Of a DNA stretch of 64,000 nucleotides, positions 47,917 through 58,805 are shown piece after piece. Both the position numbers and the translations under genes were made by a program. The DNA is from Centroscyllium fabricii (Eukaryota). The notes below the pieces were generated by a model that made no database searches, had not been told where the DNA came from, and saw nothing but the letters and a program-made list of their open reading frames with translations. The DNA is taken from positions 164,982,001 through 165,046,000 of the forward strand of contig JBNRSN020000005.1 of the NCBI GenBank assembly GCA_051313645.2, in the 5' to 3' direction. Each line of letters begins with the position of its first letter. The stretch's first letter is position 1.

Positions 47917-48062
47917 GGGGGGACATTTCCGCGGTGGTTCTCCCGGTCGTCCATCATAACTTCAGTGGAGCATCTGCGGAATCCCTGGAAAAACACCATA
48001 AAGGATTCTTTTGCCGAAGTTACGACAGATGAATGGGAGAACCATCGCGGAAATCCACCCCC
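47917..48062. mobile_element. Small hairpin MITE
   Basis: ATTTCCGCGGTGGTTCTCCC / GGGAGAACCATCGCGGAAAT inverted ends with G/C-run termini. Confidence 0.6.
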
Positions 48063-48451
48063 ACAATTTTTAAGACACGTGGTGGTAATAGTGATAATGT
48101 GAAAATGCTGTTGCTTTGCACAAAAATTGATTGCACTCTGGGAATGTGGTAATCATGATTACCAGTGTAAATAGTTGAGCACACTACAGACCAGCATGTA
48201 TAGTGGCTGGGTGCATTGTACATAGTTTTGTATAACGACACTGTCGCGAGGTCAGGTCAGCCACACCTCTAACTCCTCCCCTCAGGTGAGTGCCTTATAG
48301 GTGGGGTCTGCCCTGCCCCCATTCATTCTGTACTCAATGTTCGACTGGAGAGTAGCTCCATTGTAAATTGAATAAAAGCCTCTAGTTAAGGTAACTACTC
48401 GTCTTTGCCTCATTGACGATATGTCAATTTTATTCACTTTAAATTTTCGAA

Positions 48452-51400
48452 ATGGAGAGCGGCGCTGTGAAACCCGAAAAGCTGGATGTCAGTCCACAGG
48501 ATCCAGCCGCCGCCAATACGTTTGAACATTGGTTCAGCCTCGTCGAGGCCTACATGGAGGCCGCCAAGGCGACGACCGACGGGAACAAACTCCACGTTCT
48601 CTCGTCCAGGATCTCCAGCCGGGTATACTCCTTCATCCACGACGCAAAAACGTACAAAGAGGCCGTGGAGAAACTGAAGGCATGCTACGTACGCCCGGTC
48701 CACTCGGTCTACGCCAGACACGTGCTGGCAACCAGACAACAACGGCTCGGTGAGTCCAATGAACAATATCTGTTGGCGCTTCAAGCCCTCGCCCGGGCCT
48801 GTGACTGCCAGGCACGGACGGCGCATGAGGAGACGAATCTTCTCGTTCGAGACGCCTACGTGACGGGGATCAGGACCGGCCAGGCCCGCCAGCGGTTGCT
48901 GGACAAAGAGACCTTATCGCTGGAAGAGGCGATCTCCATCTCTAACGTGGTGGATGGAGCACGCCGCAGACTAGAGGCGTATAGCGGCCAAGGCCCACAA
49001 GCCACCCTCAACTCCTGGGCAGCCCCACGACAGGTCGAAACCCCCACAACGGCAGCGGCAGCGGCGAAGACGCCGGCGGAAAGAAAATGCTACTTCTGCG
49101 GCCAGGGACTACACCCGTGAGCGAAATGCCCCGCGAGGACCGCGACCTGCGAGAAATGCAGTAAAAAGGGACATTACGCCAGGGCCTGCAAATCGGCCCC
49201 AGCGCCCAGCTCCAGACACAACAGCGCGGCCTGCGAGAGCTCCAACGCCATCCCATGGCCTCAGGCAAGCTGCTGTTGCAGCGCGACCCAGCAGCGGTCC
49301 GGGGGTAGATTGCAAGCGTCCCCGTCTCCCACCCTGATACGGCAGAGGCCGGCCAAGCACACGGCACGGGCACCGCCACGCCAAAGATGGCCGCGGCCGG
49401 CCATGGGCGACCACCCAACGCCGGCATCTCGCCCAGCGCGACGCGCTGCGTGCGAATCACGGGCGCCGCCAACTCAGCCACCACGGCCCGCCACGTGCGA
49501 ACCACGGGCACCGCCACCGCGTAAACAGCGGCCCGCCGCGTGCAAATCACGGGCGCCGTCATCTTGTCTTCAGCGGCCGGCTATGTGCGACTCCCCGGCG
49601 CCACCATTTTGGCTTCAGCGGCCAGCCATGTGCGACCCCCCGGCACCGCCATCTTGTCTTCAGCGGCCAGCCATGTGCGAACCCCCGGCGCCGCCATCTT
49701 GTCCACCGCGGTCGGCCACGTGCGAATCACGGGCGCAGCCACCTTGTGCACGGCTACAGCTAGCGGAGGGCCCCCACACACGCACACACACTTCGGCCTC
49801 AGCCACGGTCGACCAGGCTAGGCCGCACACCCTATCAAATTCCATGATGGGGATTAAAGTTAACGGCCATATCACCAACTGCCTGTTCGACACCGGAAGC
49901 ACAGAGAGCTTCATTCACCCCGACACAGCGCGGCGCTACGGACTGCAGACCCTGCCCACGCACTACCAAATCTCCCTTGCTTCAAAGTCCCACACGGCGG
50001 ATGTCACCGGCTACTGCTCCGTCACGCTCACAGTCAGGGACTGCGTGTACCGTAATTTTAAACTGTACATACTCCAACAGTTGTGCGCCCCAGTCTTACT
50101 GGGACTGGATTTCCAGTGCCACCTGAAGAGCGTGACAATGGAGTTCGGCGGGACCCTGCCCCCCCTCGCCGTCAGTAGCCGGGACAATCCCTTCCTAAAG
50201 CGGAGCCCGACTTGCGGCCTATCCACTCTGAAAGTCGACGCCCCCTCGCTGTTTGCCAACCTCGACCCCAACTGCAAACCCATTGCTACCAAGAGTCGGC
50301 ATTACAGTGCAGGGGATCGGACAATTATCAGGTCGGAGGTCGGGCGTATGCTGCAGGAGGGGATAATTGAAGCCAGCACCAGCCCCTGGCGGGCCCAGGT
50401 CGTAGTGGTTAAGACTGGCGAGAAATTGCGGATGGTGATCGACTACAGCCAGACCATTAACCGCTACACCGGGCTCGACGCCTACCCCCTTCCCCGCATC
50501 TCGGAAATGGTTAACCAGATCGCCCAGTATAAGGTGTTCTCCACAATCGACCTTAAGTCGGCGTATCACCAACTCCCGATCCGGAAAGCCGACCGCCCGT
50601 ACACTGCCTTCGAGGCGAACGGTCGTCTCTACCACTCCCTCCGGGTCCCCTTCGGCGTGACCAACTGAGTGTCGGTATTCCAGAGGGAGATGGACCGTAT
50701 GGTTGACCAGAACGGGTTGCAAGCCACTTTCCCCTACCTGGACAACGTGACCATCTGCGGCCATGACCAGCAGGACCACGATGCCAACCTGGCCAAACCC
50801 CTCCACACGGCGAAACGGCTCGATCTCACGTACAATAAAGACAAGTGCGTCTTTAGTACAGATCGGCTCGCCATCCTCGGATACGTAGTGGAAAACGGGG
50901 TCCTTGGCCCCGACCACAGCGTATGCGCCCCTTACAGGAACTGCCCTTACCGCACAACCCCTAAGCCCTGAAGAGATGTCTGGGATTTTTCTCCTACTAC
51001 GCGCAATGGGTTCCCCAGTTCGCGGATAAGGCCAGACCGCTTCTCAAAGCTGCTGTCTTTCCCTTCTCGGTAGAAGCCCAAAAAGGCGTTCGCCCGGATC
51101 AAGGAAGACATTATCAAGGCGACCATGCACGCCGTTGATGAGTCCATCCCTTTCCAGGTGGAGAGTGATGCTTCGGACTTTGCCCTCGCCGCCACCCTGA
51201 ATCAGGCAGGCAGGCCCATAGCGTTTTTCTCCCGCTCCCTACAGGGACCCGAAACTCGCCACTCTGCAGTGGAAAAGGAGGCCCAGGCCATCGTGGAGGC
51301 CATGCGCTACTGGTGTCATTATCTGTCCGGTAAGCATTTTACCCTGCTCACCGACCAACAGTCGGTCGCGTTTATGTTTAACAATAAACAACAGGGTAAA

Positions 51401-52689
51401 ATCAAGAATGATAAGATCCTGCGGTGGCGGATCGAGCTCTCGACTTACGAGTATGACATTCTTTACCGACCAGGCAAACTCAATGAACCCCCGGACGCAC
51501 TGTCCAGGGGAACGTGCGCCAGTGCCCAGCTAGACCGGCTGAAGGAACTCCACGATCGCCTCTGCCACCCGGGTATCACCAGACTTGCCCATTTCGTTAA
51601 ATCTCGTAGCCTCCCCTACTCCATCACGGAGATCAAGGCTATGACCCGAGAGTGCCCTGTTTGCGCCGAGTGCAAACCCCAATTTTACAGGCCAGACACG
51701 GCACACCTCATTAAGGCCACCCGCCCCTTTGAACATCTAAGCATGGACTTCGAAAGGCCCCCTCCCCTTCACCGACCGCAACTCGTACTTCCTCACGGTC
51801 GTAGACGAGTTCTCTCGCTTCCCCTTTGCCTTCCTTCCCCTGCCCAGATATGACGAGCGCAATGGTGATCAAACACTTCACCACGCTGTTCGCCATTTTC
51901 GGTCTCCCCAGCTACATCCATAGCGACCGGGGGTCGTCGTTCATGAGCGACGAACTGCGTCAGTTTCTGCTTCAGAAAGGGGTTGCCTCAAGCAGAACGA
52001 CCAGTTACAACCCCCGGGGGAATGGCCAGGTAGAAAGGGAGAACGGGATCATCTGGAAGGCGGTCAGCCTGGCCCTGAAGTCCAGAGGCCTTCCAGTGTC
52101 CCGTTGGCAGGCAGTCCTCCCAGACGCGCTCCACTCCATCCGATCTCTGCTGTGTACGGCTACCAACGCCACACCTCACGACTTGCTCTTTTCATTCCCC
52201 AGGAAGTCGACTTCGGGGACAGCACTCCCACCGTGGCTCACAATGCCGGGGCCGGTCTTACTTAGAAAACATGTCCGCGGCCATAAGACCGACCCCCTGG
52301 TGGAAAAGGTGCAGCTGCTGCACGCCAACCCGCAGTACGCCTACGTGCAGTTCCCGGACGGGCGCGAGGACACAGTTTCCATCAGGGACCTAGCGCCCGC
52401 CGGGAGCACCACAGCAGAGCCCCTGGTCGAGCCTCAGCCCGACCAGCCACCGCCTACCGACTACTGGCCTACACACCAACCACAACCCACTGGATCCTGG
52501 CCTACGCACACGCACACACCGGGGCCCCCGACACTACCAGCCGAGGACCGAGAACCAGACGCCACAACACAGACACAGCTGCCGGAGGACCCGGCCCCGC
52601 CGCCACTACCGGCACCAGCGCCGCTACCAGAACCCCGGCGGTCCTCAAGGCAGACACGACCGCCGGAGAGACTTATTGTGAACTGTTGA
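48452..52689 (+). pseudogene. gag-pol: gag-pol polyprotein, several frameshifts and a stop
   Basis: Gag with CYFCG..H..CPAR..C..C.KKGH..C knuckles, protease LFDTGS, RT IDY..YLDN, RNase H DASD, integrase D..D..E, C-terminal RRSSRQTRPPERL. Confidence 0.9.
49395..49750 (+). repeat. 45-bp coding minisatellite in the Gag-protease linker
   Basis: Units recur at 49561, 49606, 49651, giving RPAMC(D/E)xPAPPSCLQ repeats. Confidence 0.85.
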
Positions 52690-53646
52690 GCTGGACTCAT
52701 ACAATAATATGCAAAACATTTTTTTTCTTCCTTCCCTGCATTAACAGGTTCTGTCCATTCACCCCGCCGGACTCAATTTTCAAAGAAGGGGTGAATGTGG
52801 TAATCATGATTACCAGTGTAAATAGTTGAGCACACTACAGACCAGCATGTATAGTGGCTGGGTGCATTGTACATAGTTTTGTATAACGACACTGTCGCGA
52901 GATCAGGTCAGCCACACCTCTAACTCCTCCCCTCAGGTGAGTGCCTTATAGGTGGGGTCTGACCTGCCCCCATTCATTCTGTACTCAATGTTCGACTGGA
53001 GAGTAGCTCCATTGTAAAGTGAATAAAAGCCTCTAGTTAAGGTAACTACTCATCTTTGCCTCACTGACGATACGTCAGGGAAGTCAATCAGTAAGGGAGC
53101 AGGTGACTTCTAATCCAGAAACTGTCCATCATTCAAACCCGCCTGTCACAGATGGGAATGACTTTTAGAATAAAGTTGCACTACCAGGTGGAGTACCTAA
53201 AAGCGACAGAGTGCTCCACAGGGTATAGGGTGCTGGGGAGAAGAGAGAGGATTTGGCCAGATTCAGCTGTTGTAATAATCTCCTTTTAACTGAAGGGGCC
53301 TTGCTGTCAGATATAAGACCATAAGATCAAGGGTGACAAAAGGCCATTTGAACAATCAAAGGCCATTTCTCTAGTACAATAACTTTGGCAGGGTTGGAAA
53401 TTTAGGTCAAATTTGACATTTCATAAAATGTGGCAGTTCACATAAAATGTGCAGTCCACACCTGAGAATGTATAAGTTTGCTTCCATGTAGCAGAAGTTT
53501 CACCAAAGTCAGAACAAGAGATTTTCGATATTTAAAAAGGCGACCAACTCACAACCTACTGCACTTCACAAAACCCTTTGTCAACTTAAAGATTCCCCAT
53601 GGACTGACAGGGTAAATAGAAAGGAACTTTTTCCCTTGGTAGAGGG

Positions 53647-56600
53647 TGTAGAGGGCATACAGGGCTGAAGGACCACGCTGGACACAGAGGATTTGGAAGA
53701 CTGTTTTTATTACTCATTCAGTTACAGCTAGGGCCAGGCGAAAGAGAGAGAGAGCCACCTGGCGCTCAGGTATTTAAAGGTCCCGCGGCTGCTGACGTCA
53801 CTGCCGGTCGGCGGCCTGGCGACGTCATCATGTCGGGGGTGCCGGTCGGCCGCCTGGTGACGTCATCATGTCGGGGGTGCCGGCGACGTCCGTGCGTCCC
53901 CCGACAGGCGGGGCCGTCTTGCAGCTTTCTGGGAGCGTGTTCGTAGCGTTGCCGGTGGGCGTGTTGCCACACAGCTCCCCCCCAGAATCCGTGAGGGAAA
54001 GCGTAGTTGAGCCTAGAGGAGAGGGAGACATAAAAGAGAGCAAACACACATTTCGATATCACACGGAATGTCCGACAGTTTGCCGCAATGGCCTGATGTT
54101 GTGGCCGGCAGGTGTTGTGTGCTGTTCCGTGGTTCGTGGTTCGAAAAATGGTGTTAAGGCGGCCTGCTGGTGTGGCCCGCACGTGTCGTCTCAGGCGAGG
54201 CGCTGAGGTAGCCTGATGATGCGGCCGGCACGTGTCATGCGCTGCTTCTTGTTCTGCGTGGGAGTGTGGGCGGGTTTTGGTGCGGTAGGGTGTCCGCGCT
54301 TTGGTGGTTGTGCGGGGACTGTTGTCTCGCCCGCCATTACGTGTGCAGGTTTGAGCCGGTCAATGGATACGGTCTCGGTTCTGTTGCCCATTTGAATGTC
54401 AAACATTTTAGGTCCCGCCCGAAGCACTCTGAATGGTCCGTCGTATGGTGGCTGAAACGGTGTTCGGTGTGCGTCATAGCGGACAAACACATACTTGGCG
54501 TCTTGGATGCCCTCGGGAACACGTGTTGCCGGCTGTCCGTGCCGGGCCACCGGAAGTGGTTTGAATGCTGCTGCCTGGTTGTTAAAGTCTCTGAGGCAGC
54601 GCTCGGCTGACCAGGGTTCGTTTGTTTCTGCCACGAACTCGCCAGGTACAGTTAGTGGTTGGCCATAAACCAGCTGAGGCGTGTAGGTCTTCTTTGGCCG
54701 CCGAGCGGAGGCCGAGCATTACCCAGGGCAGGCGGTCCGTCCAGGTTGCGTCCTGGAGGCTGGCCCGCAGGGAGGCCTTGAAGGATCGGTGGAACCGTTC
54801 GCAGAGGCCGTTGGCCTGTGGGTGGTAGGCGGTGGTTCGGTGCAGGGTTGCCCCGAGGTCGTGAGCGATGGTTGACCATAGGGTTGAAGTGAATTGGGGG
54901 CCCCTGTCTGAAGTGATGTCGTTGGGGACGCCGAACCGGGTGACCCAGGTGGCGATGAAGACCCTGGCCAGTTCGGCGGTGTTGGTCGTGCTGAGGGGGA
55001 CCGCTTCGGGCCAGCGGGTGGTACGGTCGACCATTGTTAACAGATATGAGTGTCCACGTGATGGGGGTAGTGGTCTGACCAGGTCAATGTGAACGTGGCT
55101 GAAACGTCTGGCCGGGACGACGATTGGTTCGAGCGGTGCCTTGATGTGGTTGTGCACCTTGGCGCGCTGGCAGGCATTGCACGAGGTGGTCCAGGCGCGG
55201 ACATCTTTATTTAGGCCGCGCCAAACGAATCGCGCAGAGATGAGCTTGGTGGATGCGCGGACACCGGGGTGGGAGAGGCCATGGAGGGTCTGGAAGATGT
55301 GTTGCCTCCATGTGTGGGGGACGATGGGTCTGGGTTGGGGCAGGGTGACGTCGCAGCGGACCTCCGTGGCTGTGGGTCCGCGTGCCACGGTGGCTATGAG
55401 CAGGCCGGGGAGGTTGGTGGCGGGGTCGAGGAGGTCGGGGTCGGTCAGTTGGTCGGCCGCCATTTTGACGTAGTCGACGGCCGTCTGGACGGAGTTGGTG
55501 GGTGGGTCTGAGAGGCAGTGCGCGCAGGCGCGGTCGGTGGCTGGTGGTAGGGGGTTGTCGGCGACCGCGCTGTCGATGGCGGGTCGTGGGGGGTGGTCGG
55601 CGGTTTGTGTGCCGGTGGGGCCCGCGCTGTTGACGGCGGGGCGTAGGGGGTGACCGGTGGCTGGGTTGTCGCCGGTGGGGCGTGGGGATTGGTCCGGGGC
55701 TGTTGTGCCGATGGCGGGGCGTGAGAGGCAGTCAGCGACCACGTTGTCGCGGCCGGCAATGTGCTGGATGTCGGTCGTGAACTCGGACACGGCCGCGAGC
55801 TGGCGCTGCTGCCTGGCCGACCAGGGTCCGGAGATCTTAGCCATTGCGGATACCAGTGGCTTGTGATCCACGAAGGCTGTGAAGTGGCGGCCCTCCAGGA
55901 GGAAGCGAAAGTGGCGCACCGCGAGGTAGAGAGCGAGTAGCTCCCTATCGAAGGCGCTGTACTTGACCTCTGGGGGCAGGAGTTGTCGGCTGAAAAAGGC
56001 CAGTGGCTGCCAGGAGTCGCCCGTCCACTGCTCAAAGACTGCTCCGACAGCGCGGTCGGAGGCGTCGGTGGTGAGGGCTACTCTGGCGTTGGGCCTAGGG
56101 TGGCTGAGGAGCATGGCGTTGGCCAGGGCTGTTTTGGTTGCGGTGAAGGCGGTGGTGGCTTCAGCCGTCCACTCGACTGGAGCCTTGTTAGACTGCCCGC
56201 GGGTGGCCTGATAGAGGGGGGCCATGAGAGCGGCTGCTCCGGGGATGAATCGATTGTAAAAATTGACCATCCCGAGGAATTCCTGCAGCCCCTTGATGGA
56301 GTGCGGGTGGGGGAATTCCTGGACCGCCTGCACCTTGGAGGGCAGGGGTATGGCCCCGGTCTGGGAGATGTGGTGGCCAAGGAAGTCGATAGCCTCGAGG
56401 CCGAATCGACACTTGGAGGGGCTTAGGATAAGGCCGTGTTCGGCCAGGCGGTTGAAAAGGGTCCTGAGGTGGGTGAGGTGTTCCTGGGTGGAGGTGCTGG
56501 CCACCAGGATGTCGTCCAGATAGACGAATGTGAACTGCAGGTCCCGGAGGACTGAGTCCATGAGGCGCTGGAAGGCCTGGGTCGCATTTTTAAGTCCGAA

Positions 56601-58639
56601 GGACATTCGGAGAAATTCAAACAGGCCGAATGGGGTGATGACGGCTGTCTTAGGGACGTCCGCCGGGTGCACTGGGACTTGGTGGTAGCCCCGTACCAGG
56701 TCGATCTTTGAAAAGATCGTGCAGCCGGCTAGCCATGCTGAAAAATCTTGGATGTGGGGGACGGGGTACCTGTCTGGGGTGGTGGCGTTGTTGAGGCGGC
56801 GGTAGTCCCCGCAGGGGCGCCAGCCGCCGTCGGGTTTGGGGGCGATGTGGAGGGGGGAAGCCCAGGGGCTGCTGGAGCGGCGGATTATGCCGAGCTGCTC
56901 CATGATGTGGAACTCGGCGCGCGCGATCTCCAGTTTGGCTGGGTCCAGCCTGCGTGCGTGGGCATGGATCGGGTGGCCTGTGGTGGTGATGTGGTGCTCA
57001 ACGCCGTGTTTGGCGGAGCGGGCTGTGAAGGTGGGGTTGGTGAGGGCCGGGAACTCAGCGAGCAGCGTGGCGTACGTGTCGGAGTTCCGGGCTCGGCAGT
57101 GGACTGCTGAGTGGGTCTGGTGTGCTGGGCCACCGGAGCAAGGGATGGTCGACATGAGGTGGATGTCGACCAGATGGCGCCGGGTAACGTCGACTAGGAG
57201 CCCGTGGGCGCACAGAAAGTCGGCCCCGAGTAGGGGTATGCTAACCCGCGCGGTAATGAAGTCCCATGTGTACCTGTGGCCTGCTAGTTTGATGGTAAGC
57301 TGGCGGGTACCGAACGTGAGTATCTTGGAGCCGTTTGCGGCTTCGAGTGGTGGGCCTTTGGTGCCCTGCTTGGATTCTGCGGGGGAGGCTGGCACGATGC
57401 TGTGCTGCGCGCCTGTGTCGCAGAGGAAGCGGAGGCCTGAGACACTGTCTGTGACGAAGAGCAGCGCTCCGGAGCGGCCGACGCACATGGTGGGGCCTGG
57501 GCTGGTTTGGGGTTTGAAGGTGCAGGGCTGGACGCAGCGCTGCGCTTTGGCCTCAAACCTGGTGTGGTAGTAGCACCAGCCGGGTCCCGTGGTGCGCGGC
57601 TTCTTGTGGGTCCGCGCAGCTCTGAGTTGGGGCCGGGGTTGCGCGTAGTGCTGCTGTTGGTGAGCGGCAGCGTTACGGTGCATGGTGGCGCGGGTGCGCT
57701 CGGCCTTAATAAGCTTGTCTGCCTCCTGAGCTAGCTGCCTGTTTGAGAGGTGCTCCAAGACTGTCAGTGTCGGTCTGATGGAGGGGGGCAGCTTAAGGAG
57801 GTAGAGAGCGCGCTTAAGGGTGGCCGGGTCGCGGTTGAGCGCCTCGAACTGGGCCCACAGGTCGGTGGGGTCTAGGTCTCCCAGGTCGGGGAGGTTAATG
57901 ACCTGGCAATCACGCTCGAAAATGGTTGGGGTAAATTTTTCAAGCAGCGCGGCCTTTAGCGATTCATACCTGCCAGCAGTAGTGTCTTGCTCGATGGTGT
58001 CCCACATTCTGTTGATGGTGGACTGTGCAAGGGCTGTGAAGAGCAGGCTGTAGCGGTCGTATCCCTGCACGCCATGGATGTGGAAGGTGTTCTCGATGTT
58101 GAGAAACCAAGCCACTGGATGGAGCTCCCAGAACTGCGGTAGGGCTGGGATCTGGTGGTAGAATTGGCCCCGTCTGTTTTGGCGTGCTGGGTCGTTCACT
58201 GCTGGCATGGTGATAGCGATTCCACTGAGGCAGCTTGGCCCTCAGTCCTGCAGCGACTGCTTCATTGTTCCCTTGGGAATCGTCCCAAGTCTCGAGGTCA
58301 CCACTGTAGAGGGCATACAGGGCTGAAGGACCACGCTGGACACAGAGGATTCGGAAGACTGTTTTTATTACTCATTCAGTTACAGCTAGGGCCAGGCGAA
58401 AGAGAGAGAGAGAGCCACCTGGCGCTCAGGTATTTAAAGGTCCCGCGGCTGCTGACGTCACTGCCGGTCGGCGGCCTGGCGACGTCATCACGTCGGCGCG
58501 TCGGGGGTGCCGGTCGGCCGCCTGGTGACGTCATCACGTCGGGGGTGCCGGCGACGTCCGTGCGTCCCCCGACGGGCGGGGCCGTCTTGCAGCTTTCCGG
58601 GAGCGGGTTCGTAGCGTTGCCGGTGGGCGTGTCGCCACA
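53647..58639 (-). mobile_element. Full-length Ty3/Gypsy element, CsRn1 clade, young
   Basis: LTRs 58305-58639 (5') and 53647-53971 (3'), 4-bp TSD AGGG, PBS TGGTGACCTCGA (tRNA-Trp-like), G-run PPT. Confidence 0.95.
54582..58208 (-). CDS. gag-pol: Single-frame gag-pol polyprotein (1208 aa); integrase tail continues in another frame to 54191
   Basis: LPQFW, CYYH-X9-C-X3-C (CHCC), FLCDTGA, DYRRLN, YLDD, TDASD, HHCC, DDE all in one ORF; one frameshift near 54670 before the PPYDGPF motif. Confidence 0.9.
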   Translation of the reverse strand: MPAVNDPARQNRRGQFYHQIPALPQFWELHPVAWFLNIENTFHIHGVQGYDRYSLLFTALAQSTINRMWDTIEQDTTAGRYESLKAALLEKFTPTIFERDCQVINLPDLGDLDPTDLWAQFEALNRDPATLKRALYLLKLPPSIRPTLTVLEHLSNRQLAQEADKLIKAERTRATMHRNAAAHQQQHYAQPRPQLRAARTHKKPRTTGPGWCYYHTRFEAKAQRCVQPCTFKPQTSPGPTMCVGRSGALLFVTDSVSGLRFLCDTGAQHSIVPASPAESKQGTKGPPLEAANGSKILTFGTRQLTIKLAGHRYTWDFITARVSIPLLGADFLCAHGLLVDVTRRHLVDIHLMSTIPCSGGPAHQTHSAVHCRARNSDTYATLLAEFPALTNPTFTARSAKHGVEHHITTTGHPIHAHARRLDPAKLEIARAEFHIMEQLGIIRRSSSPWASPLHIAPKPDGGWRPCGDYRRLNNATTPDRYPVPHIQDFSAWLAGCTIFSKIDLVRGYHQVPVHPADVPKTAVITPFGLFEFLRMSFGLKNATQAFQRLMDSVLRDLQFTFVYLDDILVASTSTQEHLTHLRTLFNRLAEHGLILSPSKCRFGLEAIDFLGHHISQTGAIPLPSKVQAVQEFPHPHSIKGLQEFLGMVNFYNRFIPGAAALMAPLYQATRGQSNKAPVEWTAEATTAFTATKTALANAMLLSHPRPNARVALTTDASDRAVGAVFEQWTGDSWQPLAFFSRQLLPPEVKYSAFDRELLALYLAVRHFRFLLEGRHFTAFVDHKPLVSAMAKISGPWSARQQRQLAAVSEFTTDIQHIAGRDNVVADCLSRPAIGTTAPDQSPRPTGDNPATGHPLRPAVNSAGPTGTQTADHPPRPAIDSAVADNPLPPATDRACAHCLSDPPTNSVQTAVDYVKMAADQLTDPDLLDPATNLPGLLIATVARGPTATEVRCDVTLPQPRPIVPHTWRQHIFQTLHGLSHPGVRASTKLISARFVWRGLNKDVRAWTTSCNACQRAKVHNHIKAPLEPIVVPARRFSHVHIDLVRPLPPSRGHSYLLTMVDRTTRWPEAVPLSTTNTAELARVFIATWVTRFGVPNDITSDRGPQFTSTLWSTIAHDLGATLHRTTAYHPQANGLCERFHRSFKASLRASLQDATWTDRLPWVMLGLRSAAKEDLHASAGLWPTTNCTWRVRGRNKRTLVSRALPQRL

Positions 58640-58805
58640 AGGGGTTAATAACAAGGGGACATAGTTTCAAGGTAAGGGACGGGAGGTTTAGAGGGGATTT
58701 GAGGAAGAACTTTTTCACCCAGAGGGTGGTTGGAATCTGGAACTCACTGCCTGAACGGGTGGAGGAGGCAGGAAACCTCACAACATTCAAGAAGCATTTG
58801 GATGA

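Larger units (their letters stand above)
48145..53077 (+). mobile_element. Full-length Ty3/Gypsy element (Mag-like Gag) lacking a tRNA PBS
   Basis: 282-bp LTRs 48145-48426 and 52796-53077 (about 6 differences by eye), 5-bp TSD GGGAA, PPT AAAGAAGGGG; no TGG after the 5' LTR. Confidence 0.95.
53585..58805 (+). mobile_element. CR1 3' fragment split by two Gypsy insertions
   Basis: 53585-53646 (GLTG..ELFPLVE) rejoins 58640-58805 (ITRGHSFKV..FFTQRVVGIWNSLP); cut again by the LTR at 58806. Confidence 0.75.

Noticed and set aside
53972-54190. env-like third ORF in the Gypsy elements
   Set aside because: The pol-to-LTR gaps are at most a couple of hundred bases, too short for env
54600-58100. Numerous plus-strand ORFs opposite gag-pol
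   Set aside because: Antisense shadows of GC-rich coding sequence
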